A stretch of DNA of 64,000 bases from Antechinus flavipes. Taxonomy: Eukaryota. The position numbers were made by a program, and so were the translations under genes. Below are positions 13,089-24,855 of this stretch, in pieces. The notes below the pieces were generated by a model, which had not been told where the DNA came from, searched no databases, and saw nothing but the letters and a program-made list of their open reading frames with translations. Position 1 is the stretch's first letter. Every line of letters starts with the position of its first letter. Location: positions 380,494,001-380,558,000 of the forward strand of contig NC_067398.1 in the NCBI RefSeq assembly GCF_016432865.1, read 5' to 3'.

Positions 13089-13824
13089 TGAAGCACTCTA
13101 GAAAATGTTAAGCAGAAATGGTGATGAGGTTTAGGTTTTGGGGTTCCCTTTCAGGGAACCAAATGATGAGGTTTAGATTTAGAGAACCAAAATGAGATTG
13201 GGTTCCTGGTGGTCAGGGAGTTAAATGAAAAGGTCTAGTGGCTGGTTCGGGGTTCAGGGAACCAAATGAAGAGATTTGGATTCCCTGCATCCCCTTGGAA
13301 TTCAGTGCAAGAGAATTTTGGGGAATCCTCTTCTGGTGACACAGAGATTTTCCGTAAAGGAATTTACAAATCTGAAAACCTAGATTGATAAAAGAGGTTT
13401 ATTATATGGATTGGGAAATAAGGTTAGAAATCCTGACAGAGAGGCATAAAGTCTCGTTAGGGAACTAGGTGAGGATAAAGAAAGGGTAGCACTGGAAAAG
13501 AATATTATTCCAGTGGGCAGAGGCTTCCTTAGCATAGCATGGTATGTTTAGAACCTCTGCAAAGAGAGGATTTTAGATTGGCTCTTTTATAATAAGAGTT
13601 TTGACTACAAGCTGGGTTTCAGCTTGAGCTGAATTTGAATAGAATTGAATGAGTTTCTTTAATTCAATAGGGTTGGAATTCTTTTGCTCAGGACTGAACT
13701 AACCCCACCTAGATAACAGAATGAAGCTATTTATCTTGTTTCCCTCCAGCAGGGTCCCCCACTGAGGCAGTCCAAGGAGAATTTCTCCTTCAAGGAGTTT
13801 TAGAGTTTCAGGGTCCCTTCTTCA
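13089..13824 (-). mobile_element. Solo ERV LTR (~735 bp)
   Basis: Minus strand shows TGAAG...CTTCA inverted termini, TATAAAA (13585-13591) and AATAAA (13398-13403), followed by a U5 with tandem gggaaccaaat-type repeats. No TSD resolved, so the ends are uncertain. Confidence 0.7.
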
Positions 13825-14646
13825 CTGGGGCCCCTCAGGGTCCCTTGTAAAGATCAAAGGCTTCCTTGCTAGAGCTTCTTTTTTAATAAACAGAAGCACT
13901 TGCAAACTGAACAGTCTGTTTGGTTATAAATTCAACCAAGTGTTCATATTGATGAAATTGTAACATTTTCCTTCTTAGATGCATTTATGTCTAGATCTTT
14001 AAAATCCATGGCCTTTTACAGAATATGGATCTAAACATAGCAGTTTGTACTTGTTTTGTTTCCTATATGGTTATAAGCTTCTCAGATGAAGAATAATTAT
14101 TTTATTTCATTTCTATTTCTCCATATTACATGTGGTATCTTCACATAGTAGCTATATAATAAATTCAATGAAAATCTAAATCATTAGCAGCATTTCTGGT
14201 AGTACAAAGGCAGAGACATCTGTCTCTTAGATGTACTCTTTCTCTGGCTCTGACCTGAGATGTCAGTATTTTGGTCAATATACCTTCTTGTTCTCTTTTC
14301 AGACTAAGAAAATAAGGTGGAAGAAAAATATTCCCTTGCATTAATCCTAACCTAGTAACAGTTAATATTGATCCCAGAGGGAAAAAAAGTATGTCAGTCA
14401 CACTTGCTCATTACAATTGTTTGCTGAAAAGATTTCTCTTACTATTTAAACGATTAAGCCCTTGATTGGCTATCCTGGGAATCTAGTGAAGGATAACATT
14501 TTTTTTGGCAAGTTATCAAAAGGATATATAGGAACAGCTATATCTAATAATGAACTGGTGTTCATCAGCCCATGAACTCCAGCAGGACTAGACAAAAAGT
14601 ATTCCAAAAGAGAAGAGACTTTCTTAGGTGGCCTGGCACAGGGATA

Positions 14647-15036
14647 TGTGATGACCATGTATTTTAAAATCAGCCGGAGTCAGGAATTCAGGTTAGGGGA
14701 AAATCGTTGATCTTTATTCTTAGTGAAAGTGAAGAAGGATCGAAGGTGAAGGGGAATTGGAGGTGAAGGAGGATGGGAGGTGAAGGGGGGTCCCGAAAGC
14801 AACGTGTGCAGCTGCAACAAGACTCCAGCCATCAGTCTCTTTTTGCTTCCTTCTCCACCCCCTTGCCTCCACCCACCAAAATCGTCATTTCCTATACAAC
14901 ACATCAGGACTTGCACAAAGAGTAGTGGGGGCCATTCTTTCTCCAAGCATATATATTACTAGAGTATGGTCCAATTATTATTTAGCCTCACGTACTTGGG
15001 ACCTCAGTGCATCAACTCGAGCCTCAGCCCATTACA
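14647..15036 (-). mobile_element. Solo LTR, probably class II (betaretrovirus-like/ERV2), copy 1, 390 bp
   Basis: Minus strand TGTAATGGG...TCATCACA, AATAAA at 14713-14718. 6-bp TSD gggata/gagata (14641-14646, 15037-15042). Several CpGs retained. Confidence 0.88.
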
Positions 15037-15239
15037 GAGATAGGGGCACAGAAGGTACTTTCTCACAAGTAAATAATGACTGAACTTATTTTTTTCTGTA
15101 TAAATTCTATTTCATGCTAAGAATATATAGGTGAGGACAGCATTGTTCCAACAAATACTCTTTTAATCAAATTTTTAGTCTAACCCAAATCAAATTATGA
15201 AGTAGAAAATAGGGTGTCCAGGTAATTTCATTATCCAGA

Positions 15240-15425
15240 TACTGTACATAGGATCATGGATTAAGAGTTGGAAAGAATTTTAGGGGTAATCTGGTTTAAT
15301 CCTCTCATTTTAACATTTTAACAGATGAGAAAACTGAGGCCAAATGACATATTCAAAGGGTCATAAAGATGGTAAAAATATAGAGATAGGATTTAAAACC
15401 TAAGTCTTTTGACTTGTAAGCACTT
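15240..15425 (-). mobile_element. MIR-type SINE between the two solo LTRs
   Basis: ttttaacagatgagaaaactgaggcc core. Confidence 0.7.
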
Positions 15426-15712
15426 TCCTCACTGATTCCAAGATCCCTAAGACATATACTATATATACTTTATAGAGATAGTAGTGTAAAGGTGATATAA
15501 GATATGTCAAACCTATAAACATTTTCTCCGAAATGTAAGGATAATTCTCTACACATTCTTTATCCTTCTATAATCTAACACAGTAGGAGGATGAGAATTT
15601 CTCCATAATTATTTATATAAATCATTACATTTCCATTCCAGCATTTCACAGTCAAGAGAAGATGGCCCTGGATTCACAAAGACCAATATCTGAACTCCAA
15701 TTATCCAGACAT

Positions 15713-16037
15713 TGTGATGACTGTGTATTTTAAAATCATCTGGAGTCAGGAATTCAGGTTAAGGGAAAATCTTCAATCTTTATTCTTTTTGGAGGTGAAG
15801 GGGGATTCGCAATGTGAGCAGGAACCAGCCAGCTGTTTCTTTCTGCTTCTCTCTCCACCCCTCTGCCACCACCCACCAAGATCATCATTTCCTATACAAG
15901 ACATCAGGACTTGCACAAAGAGTGGGTGGGGGCCATTCTTTCTCCAAGCATATATATTAATAGAGTATGATCCAATTACTATTTAGCCTCATGTGCTTGG
16001 GACCTCAGTGCATCAACTCGAGCTTCAGCCCATTACA
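15713..16037 (-). mobile_element. Solo LTR, same family, copy 2, 325 bp
   Basis: Same termini as copy 1, AATAAA at 15779-15784. Perfect 6-bp TSD agacat (15707-15712, 16038-16043). Confidence 0.9.
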
Positions 16038-16379
16038 AGACATTGCCTCTATTCAGTAAATTTTGTGATGTATTAATTACTATTTAATCATCTTACTTCA
16101 TCTTGCCCTGCCATAAAAGGATGCTTCCTCTTAAGAGCAAAAACTTTAGATCCTATCCCCACCTGACTTATCCTGAGGGATATTTCCATTTCTCTATTTA
16201 CAACATTTGGAAAAACATTGGACTTGTGGTTGTACAGCCTGAGCTTGAATCCAAGTTCTTATTATTTGTGTATGATTGGGCAAGACTCTGTCTCTGTACC
16301 TCAATTTTCTCATCTATAAAATACGTGGGTCACACTAGTTACATTCTAAGGATCCTTGTAACTTGAAAGATAATTCTGT

Positions 16380-16550
16380 ATCAAAACTCCATTTTTAAAT
16401 ACTTGGCATGTCCATCATAAGGAGACTCTAAAACTACTACCCCATTGTTTCTAGTACTGTTTTTAGGGGCCAACCAGAATTAGAATAATTTTTCTATCAC
16501 ACAAGAGCCTTTCAAAACACTTATAAGCAATTGTCATATTTTGTTCTCCT
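16380..16550 (-). mobile_element. CR1/L3 3' fragment
   Basis: ttctagtactgtttttaggggccaaccagaa...cacacaagagcctttcaaaacactt. Confidence 0.55.
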
Positions 16551-17397
16551 GTATGATTCTAGGTAAGTCACTGTATCTTTCTCTGTTACTTAAGTTTACT
16601 CATTTGTAAAATAAAGGAATTGGAGTAGATAAATTCTAAGGTCCTTATGGATAAAACAACATGTACTTTAAAACATAGTGTGGATTTTACAGCGATAACA
16701 TGAAGATGAAACACATAAGATCTACCAAATATTTTCCGTGAAATTTAAGGATAATTTTCTTTACCTTCTATCACCTTCTATTCCTAGGACATTCTATCTG
16801 TCCCCCCCTCTAACTTCACTGCCAGTTTGGGAACAAAGACTTCCTTTACCCCACTCCCTATTCCAGGAAATCTATTCAACATTAAATTAGTCCCAAATTG
16901 GAGGGGGAGAATCTTGAACTTGTCTTATTTCTCTATAACCAGCTGGGCCCCAACACTCCACTCATCTATTCCTTGACCATTAAGCAGAACCAGTGACCCA
17001 CCATTGTGTCACTTAAGTACTCTGAAATTACTTTGAATATAGTTTGTATTTTTTAAAAATATGAAAGTTGTTCTCTCCCTTTCCCTAACTGAATGTAAGC
17101 CCCTTAAAAGCAGGGACAATTTTGTTTATGTGTTTGTTTGTATCTTTAGAGCTAAGTACCATGTCTGTGATACCTTATATGTTTAATAAATGCTTGTTTT
17201 ATTAAATGGAATTGAATATATAAAGTGATAATACAGGGAAGATATAGAGGGTGGAACTTTGGAGAAGTTATACTTGAAAGAAGAATACTTGAAAAAAGGT
17301 GTTAATTCAGTGGAATTGATGAGATAATGGTTCTCTAGTTTACATATACTTAGTATTTAGCATGGTGATATAATAGTTCTACAATTGACAAATATAA

Positions 17398-17628
17398 TGT
17401 TCAGGCTAGCTTTCTGGAGGTCCTGCGGAAGGGCCGTGGTCTCAACAGGATAGATAGCAGGAGAATGAACAAGAATAGAGTCCAAAGTCTTATTGTCTTT
17501 TATACAGTCTCTGTCTGCCATAGTCTGACCCAGTCTCCTCCAGCAGCCTGCTAGTTTGCCAGTCTGCCAGTCTGACTTCTTAGTCTGACTTTGTCCCCAG
17601 TTTAAATACCCTATTACAATTATATCAA
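17398..17628 (-). mobile_element. Truncated LTR of a third family (R/U5 and part of U3)
   Basis: Minus strand ends ...agaaagctagcctgaACA, with TATTTAAA (17601-17608), degenerate AATAAG (17489-17494) and internal agtctg repeats. Resembles a marsupial LTR as I recall it. Confidence 0.65.
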
Positions 17629-18129
17629 CTGTAGAATTATTACTCTGACTGAAAAAGGATAAGTCCCTTTAGATCCCAAGAAAGGAAAGGATTTCAGAAG
17701 CTATCTGTTACTTTCCAGAACACCCCCAATATGGATTGTCCAGCATCTGCATGATCTCCAATAATGACGGAACCACTTGCCTCCAGAATTGGAAGGAAGT
17801 TTTTAATACCTGAATCTGCCTCTGGCATTTCCACCTACTACTGCTGTTGCTACTACCTAGAACCAAGTTGAACACCTCTAATCAGTCTTTCATATGATAG
17901 TCTTACAAATTTCAAATTTCATACGACAGTCTTTTCTTCTATAACCCAAACATTTTCAGCTTCTTCGGCCATTCCTTGTATGTCTCACATCTTGGTTATT
18001 CAGTTCTGGATATGCCATAATTTATCTATAACGTTTAAAAACTGTATTATTCCAAATTGAACATAATACTCCGAATGTGTCCCAAGCAGGGCAGAATGTA
18101 GTGGAACTATGACTTCCTTCATTAGGGTA

Positions 18130-18274
18130 CAACTTAAGGCAGTTGGGATTAAATGACTTGCCCAGGATTACATAACTAGGAAGTATTTAGGAATCTGAAG
18201 TTGGATTTGAACTCAGGTCCTCCAGATTCCAGAGCCAGAGCCAATGCTCTATTCATTGTGTCATCTAATTGCCC
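18130..18274 (-). mobile_element. tRNA-derived SINE inside the L3
   Basis: aggcagttgggattaaatgacttgcccagg...tttgaactcaggtcctcc...catctaattgcccc. Confidence 0.85.
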
Positions 18275-18364
18275 CTATTATATTTCTTTTAATTTAGCAT
18301 TAACTTTTTGGCTGCCATAGCAACTATTAACCCATATTTAATTTACAGTTGACTAAAACTTCTA

Positions 18365-18615
18365 TAGGCATCTAAGATGGTGCAATGGATACAGTGCTAA
18401 GCCTGGAGCCAGGAAGACTCACATTTCTGAGTTTATATCTGGTCTCAGAAACTTACTAGTTGTATGATCCTAGATAAGTCCCTTAACTCTGTTTGCCTCA
18501 GTTTCCTTATCTGTAAAATCAGAGGGAGAGGAAATAGCAAACCATTCCAGTATCTTTGCTAAGAAAACCCTCTATTGGATCATGAAAAATTAGACAGAGT
18601 GAAATGATTGAACAA
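18365..18615 (+). mobile_element. Core SINE (MAR1-like) inside the L3
   Basis: ggcatctaagatggtgcaatggatacag...tttgcctcagtttccttatctgtaaaat. Confidence 0.8.
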
Positions 18616-19214
18616 GAAAACTCCCAAATCTTTTACAAAGGAGCTGTTGGGAACTTAATTTCTTTATGCAATCCTCCTGTATTTATGAAACTGATCTTTA
18701 GTATGTAAATATAAAACTTTATATTTACCCTTGTTACATTTCACTTGTTTGATTTGGGACATTATACTTGCAAGGTTATAATGTCATCTAAATCTAGGGC
18801 CCTGTAACTGATGGTTTTGGTTGGAAATAGGATAATAGAGATAAATTTTGAAGGAGTTTTGATTGAGTTTGTGTTTATCCTAAAAATTTTTTGGATAGGC
18901 TGAATCATGGATTCTGTACTAAATATTTTAGAAGTAAAACAAAGATCCCAAATGAAGTAACTTGAGAATGTTCTTGCCTCAGTTTCTCCCATTAAAATTA
19001 CTTTTATTACAGAAGGCTCCATTTTCTTCTCTGTTTTAGCTTGGTACATAAATGTTTTAGAAGAACTCTGATTTTATCTGCATGGGAAGTCACTCCACAT
19101 GTGCAGAGTACAGTCCTTCTGTGCCTGTCTGGAAGATTTCATGAGTTTCTATAGCCAAAGTAAAAATCACCACCCAGTAGACAATGTGGTGATGAGCCTT
19201 TTCAAATTTTAGCA

Positions 19215-19430
19215 TGGCGGTGGCAAAATGGAGAGGCAGGGCTCAGGAGCAAGCAAATATGAGTTTAATCCTGTCTCATTTACTTACCAGCTATCAACAT
19301 TTCTTAGCTTCCATTCCCTCACTGATACAATAGGGATAACAATAGTACCTTCCTCCTAGAGTTGTTAGGAGGAGCAAATAAATTAGGATATATCAAGTGC
19401 TTTGCAAAACTTGTGGCATTATATTATTAT
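19215..19430 (+). mobile_element. MIR SINE
   Basis: agcatggcggtggc...tacttaccagct...aatagggataacaatagtacct. Confidence 0.7.
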
Positions 19431-20793
19431 TATCATTATATTACATATGATATGATATGTTATACTATTATTATTATTACTAGCTAGGGTAGATATTAGA
19501 GGGCAATCTTGCTTAACCATTATTCAAAGTTTTCTCAAATGAATGGGACCTACCAAAATTTTCTTTTCACTGGCATAGCCTCATTTTCACATGACAATGA
19601 GATGATGGATTAGGAGGATTCCCTTTTCATAGTTCCAAAATTTCTACTTCTATCATCTCCCATTATTCTGCCCTTGTGGACAATATAGTTCAGATTGCTA
19701 TGTCACCACTGATGTCTTAGGGAGGGCTGTAGTTGATTCACTCCTGTAAGATTATAGCCATGATAATCAGGTAACTGGCATCTTCTTGTAGCTACTGATA
19801 CAGACTGAGTATGGAACCTTAAATACTTGAAATAAAGAATTTTAATTAGAAACTATTTAAAGTGTGTGGGGGGGAAGCAACTCTGTCAAGAAAGACCAGG
19901 TATATAGTTCACAATAAAATGGAATTTTTAGGATGATAAAAGTTTAAAAGGCCACGAGGGAAACAGTACCACTGTGTTTTAACAATACTGGCATTATTAT
20001 TATTATTCATTGAATTTGGGTTTTCCTTAGAATTCCACACATCATTCCTTATATAATGATGTTATAATAAATAGTCACCTTCTACACACATTTTAGGACT
20101 TTGAAGCACATCAGAGCTGATCAGTCTCACTAATAAATACCTGAGAAATCTGGCAGGTTCATGCCAAATAAAAATCAACCACATTTTGAAATAAAGTACT
20201 GTCTTCTTTGTTAAAAAAAAAAAATCTTAAGATTTTTTTGGAAGAAATGTGTTCTAGGTGAAGGTTAAGTGTTCATAAAATCATAGAGGTTTATTCAAGA
20301 ATAACTTTGTTTCTCACAATGGTATGCCGTCTGTTAGAGTTAACAATTCATACAATGATGCTCACATATCCTGAGACAGGAAGACTACTAGTGGACAAGA
20401 AAAAAGAAATTTTAATTTACTTAAAAGCTCTGTTAACTCCAACAAAGAAATGATGATAGTTAAAGCAATGCAAGAGGTTACTGTTTCAAGACTTTCAAAA
20501 ATTAAGGTGATTTTTTTAAGGAGCTCACAGAATCATATATTTAGAGCTATAACATACTTCTGAGATTAATAGTCCAACTCTTTTTAGAGACAAGGAAACT
20601 AAGGCCCAGAAAAAATTCTCAGTCCTCTAATTTCAAATACAGTGCTCTACTAACTGATTGTGTCTCTCAGATTGCAATAAATTATGGTCAAGGTTGATAT
20701 TAGCTAAGAATTGACTATAATAATTTCCTAATTAATCATAACACTTTAATCTGAATTATTAAGATAGTTCAACCAAAGTAGATTGTTTGGGTT

Positions 20794-20821
20794 TGTTGTT
20801 GTTGTTGTTGTTGTTGTTGTT
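20794..20821. repeat. (GTT)n microsatellite
   Basis: Directly visible. Confidence 0.9.
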
Positions 20822-21099
20822 CATTAGTTAGAAAATTTATTGTTTAAACTCAAACTGTGTTCTAGGTAATGGCTATGGGCAAGTTATTTAGCCAGTCTGT
20901 GCCTTCAGTCTCTCTTCCTCATCTAGTAAAAGACATAATGAAACCTGGACTACCAAGCCATCACATTGTTACTGTGAAGTTTCAAATGTTGTCGTTGTTA
21001 TTTCCTGACATTCAGAACATTTGAAAATTTAATTTATTAGGAAAATTCAGAAAATTCTAGAAATTTGCCCCATTCTAGCTGACTTTATTGTTAGGTGGA

Positions 21100-21660
21100 T
21101 TCTCATTCATTCATTCAACAAATATTTATTAATAATATTATGCCAAGCACTGTACTACAGAGAACACAAAATAATTTTTTTTTCTCGAGGGTTTTGCTTT
21201 CTGTTGGAGAGGGACACAAAAATACAAATAATACAAAATATATGCAAAATAAATTTCTGGGTAGTAATGAAGTGAACAGGGTGGAACTTATAGGAAAGAT
21301 AGTTTTTCAGTTGAGTTTTAAATAAAATTAGGGAACCTAAGATGTGAAAGCAGGAAGAGAATGAATTTCAAAGTAGATAGTATCCTCTAGGGCACAGAAA
21401 AAGGAGATAAAATGGTATGTATGGGGTCCAGTAGGCAGGTTGCTTTGCCTGAAACATAGAGTATAAGGAAGGGAACCAATATAAAGCAACTCTGGAAAGG
21501 TTGTGAAGAGTCAGATTGGGATGAGCTTCAAAGGCCCAACAGAAGAGTGTCATTTTATCATGGAGACAAAAACGGAGCCACTAGAAGTCCTTGAATGGGG
21601 GAGTTACATAGTCAATTAAAAAAAAAAAAAACCATCAATTTGACAACTGTGTGAAGGATG
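21100..21660 (-). mobile_element. L2 3' end fragment
   Basis: cattcattcattcaacaaatatttatt...tgccaagcactgt is the reverse complement of the L2 terminus. Confidence 0.75.
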
Positions 21661-22009
21661 GAGAATAAGAGTGAATGCATGTAGGATTTCATGTACTGGT
21701 GTTCAGATCTTATAATTTTTGGTGAGGGAATTTCAAAAAATTCTTTCAGTTACATGTGATGCTGTTTCTCCACTCAGTAGCTTCAGTACTAAGCAATACT
21801 GAATAAATGTAGACTGATGTCTTTTTTTAATTATTAAATCTATTTCTTAAATTTTATATTTTGGGTTTTTTTCAACTTGCTTTATAAAATTTGCCACTAT
21901 GGGTCATCCTCTCTCTCCCAGATGTTTTTTCCTCAATTTTTCATGACACTGATCTTTCTTGATTCTTCTACCTGTCTGAACATCCCTTCTTATTCTCCTT
22001 TGCTATATT

Positions 22010-22165
22010 GCAGCTTCTTAAACTGTGGTTTGTAATTCTATCTGGGGTCCCATAACTGACTGTGGGAGGTTACAAAATTATGATTTGTTATCAGAAAATG
22101 CTTGATTTGTATATCTCTTCTATATAACTATATATTCAGTCTCACGTATATATTTCTTGGGCCAC
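22010..22165. mobile_element. Marsupial hAT-type MITE (CpG-decayed)
   Basis: cagcttcttaaactgtggt...ggggtcccataactgactgtgggaggttacaaaattatgatttgttatcag. Confidence 0.65.
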
Positions 22166-22294
22166 TCATGAATATAATTTTTTCTATTATGATAATTTGC
22201 TTTATTGTATATTTTGAATCTTCCCTGATGTTCTGCTGGGCACATGGCAATGTTTTGTTTTGTTTTGTTTTTTTAATTTTCCTTTTCTGTCTTT

Positions 22295-22420
22295 ATGGGC
22301 ATCCATTCAATTTCCAGTTTCTTGCTATTAAAAAAAGGCTGCCACAAACATTTTTGCACACGTGGGTCCCTTTCCCTCCTTTATGATCTCTTTGAGATAC
22401 AGGTACAGTAGAGACACTGC
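22295..22420 (-). mobile_element. Short L1 ORF2 C-terminal fragment
   Basis: Highly similar to 23878-24008 of the neighbouring L1. Confidence 0.85.
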
Positions 22421-23272
22421 CAGATTTTAACCATAAACATTCTTCAAGACTCTGTCCTGAGTTTACTCTCTGAATCCCATCTCTTGGTGACTTTGTCAGT
22501 TCTCATGGATTAAATGATCAATAATCTCTCTGCATAGGACTCCCATATTTTTCTATTCAGCTCTGTTTTTTCTTATAGACACTAGTCCTGAATCAGTAAC
22601 AGATTGTCTTGCAAAAATCTCAAGTTTAATCTAATTTTTAAAAAGGATTTATCTACTCTCATTAAACTCACTTTTTCTCCAAATTTTTTCTCTTCAGATC
22701 AGAGCACTAGGTTCACACTCTCATATTCTCCATTTTTATTTTTCTATCTTCCTCACTTACTCATATTCAATCAGTTTCAATGTGTTACTCTCTCTTATCA
22801 ACATATCTTGCATTCATTCATTCATTCATTCCTCTTCTCTCCTCTCACATAGCAGATATCCTAATTAAAGTCATATTACAAAAAACTCCTAATTTCCCCA
22901 CTGGTTTCTAGTTCTCCCCAGTTCATTCTTGACAGAGCTTCCAAAATGATCTTCTTAAAGCTTGAGTCCCACCATGTCATTTACCTGCTCCAGGATATTA
23001 ATTATTTCTAAGATTAATACACATTCTTCTGCTTAGCATTTAAAGTATTTCACAAGTTCGCTCCAGTCCATTTGTCTAAGTTTCACGTGGCACTTCATGC
23101 TGTCATTGTTTCAGTCAAACTGACCTATTCTGTTCCTTGAATCTGTTATTCTAAATTCCATCTCTATGCCTTTGTAAGGTTGTGTACTATGCATCGAAAT
23201 GCAATCCCTCCTCCCCTGGTCCTCAGAGAATTCCTAGGTCTGTTCAAGGTTGGTCCATATGCCATTATGCCC

Positions 23273-24246
23273 TTTTTTTTTTTTTAATTAAAGCTTCTTA
23301 TTTTTTAAAACATATGTTTGGATAATTCTTCAACACTAGCCCTTGCAAAGTCTTATGTTCCAGTTTTTTCCCTCTTCCCTTATATCCTCCCCTAGATAAC
23401 AAGTAGTCCAATGTATGTTAAACATGGTAGAAATATGTTAAATCCAATATATGCATTAATATAATGCATATATATTAATATAATTATCATGCTGCACAAG
23501 AAAAATCAAATCAAACTAGTTGAGAGAGAGAGAGAGAGAAGCAAAATAAAATTCAAGCAAATAACAAAAAGAGTGAAAATGCTATGTTGTTAACCACACT
23601 CAGTTCCCACAGTCCTCTCTCTGGGCATAGATGGCTTTCTTCATCACAAGATCATTGAAACAGGTCTGAAGATCATTGTTGAAGAGAGCCACATCCATCA
23701 GAATTAATCATTGTATAATCTTGTTGTTGGAGTATATAATGATCTCCTGGTTCTGCACTTAGCATTCATGTAAATCTCTCCAGGCTTCTCTGACATCATG
23801 CTGCTGATTGTTTCTTATAGAACAATAATATTCTATAACATTCATATACCATAATTTACTCAGATATTCTCTAACTGATGGCCATCCATTCAATTTCCAG
23901 TTTCTTGTCATTACAAAAAAGGGCTGCCACAAACATTTTTGCACATGTGGGTTCCTTTCCCTCCTTTATGATCTCATCTCTTTGAGATACAGGTCCAGTA
24001 GAGACACTGTTGGATCAAAGGCTACGCATAATTTGATAACCCTTTGGACATAGTTCCAAATTGCTCTCCAGAATGGTTGGATCCATTCACAGTTCCACCA
24101 ACAATATGTTAGTGTCCCACTTTTCCCACATCCCCTCCAACAATCATCTTTATCTTTTCCTGTCATCTTAGCCAATCTGAGAGATGTGTAGTGGTATCTG
24201 AGAACTATCTTAATTTGCATTACTCTGATCAATAGTGATTTAGAGC
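23273..24246 (-). mobile_element. 5'-truncated LINE-1 (ORF2 C-terminus, 3'UTR, poly(A))
   Basis: ORF 23966-24232 (MQIKIVLRYHYTSLRLAKM...CWRGCGKSGTLTYCWWNCEW) is the L1 ORF2p C-terminal region. Poly-T at 23273. Confidence 0.93.
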
Positions 24247-24434
24247 CAGGAAGTCTTTTCTAATACCCCTGGTGGTCAGTGTCTTCTCCTTTCTCAAATT
24301 ATAATAAATATATTTCTGTGCATATTTTGTCTATTCTCTCTCTCCTCCAGGTAGAAAATAGGCTTCTTGAGAAAATGTTTTCTTTGAATTCCCAATGCCT
24401 AGCCCAGTTTCTAGCACATGTTTGGTGCTTAAAA

Positions 24435-24855
24435 AATTGATTTTTGGTATTATGTGATGATCCACTATGATAGACTTAGCTCTTCTCAATAGTATAATGA
24501 TTCAAGACAATTCCCTAAGACATATGATGGAAAATGACATCCACAACCAGAGAAGGAACCATGTAATCTGAATGCAGATTAAAACATACTATTTTCACTT
24601 ATTTTTTGTTTTTTTCTTTCTCTTTTTTTTGTTTTCTTTTTTGTTTTGACTCTTCTTTCACATGACCAATGTGAAAATATGTATACCATAATTGTACATG
24701 TACAACCTATATCAGATTTCTTGCTCTCTTGGAGGAGGAAGGCAAGGAAAGAAGGGAGAAAAATTTGGAGCCCAAAATTTTACAAAAATGAATGTTGGAA
24801 ATTATCTTTATATATAATTAGAAAAAACAAAATACAATTAGTTTTAAAAAAATTG
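24435..24855 (+). mobile_element. Older L1 3' end fragment
   Basis: Marsupial L1 3'UTR-like motifs (gaatgcagattaaaacatactattttcact, cacatgaccaatgtgaaaat) and an A-rich end. Confidence 0.75.

Larger units (their letters stand above)
17700..18800 (-). mobile_element. CR1/L3 LINE fragment interrupted by two SINEs
   Basis: Reverse-complement L3 motifs (attgaacataatactccgaatgtgtcccaagcagggcagaatgtagtggaactat; ttttggctgccatagca). Confidence 0.75.
21880..23260 (+). mobile_element. L2 fragment interrupted by a MITE and an L1 piece
   Basis: Pyrimidine-rich L2 motifs (catggattaaatgatc; gagcttccaaaatgatcttcttaaag; ctgacctattctgttccttgaa). Confidence 0.65.

Noticed and set aside
14647-16037. The two similar LTRs read as 5' and 3' LTRs of one deleted provirus
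   Set aside because: Each has its own distinct TSD, and the spacer contains a MIR with no PBS, PPT or gag/pol remnant.
19280-19295. Strong sense-strand donor CTG|GTAAGT
   Set aside because: It is a motif carried by the MIR SINE, with no good acceptor upstream.
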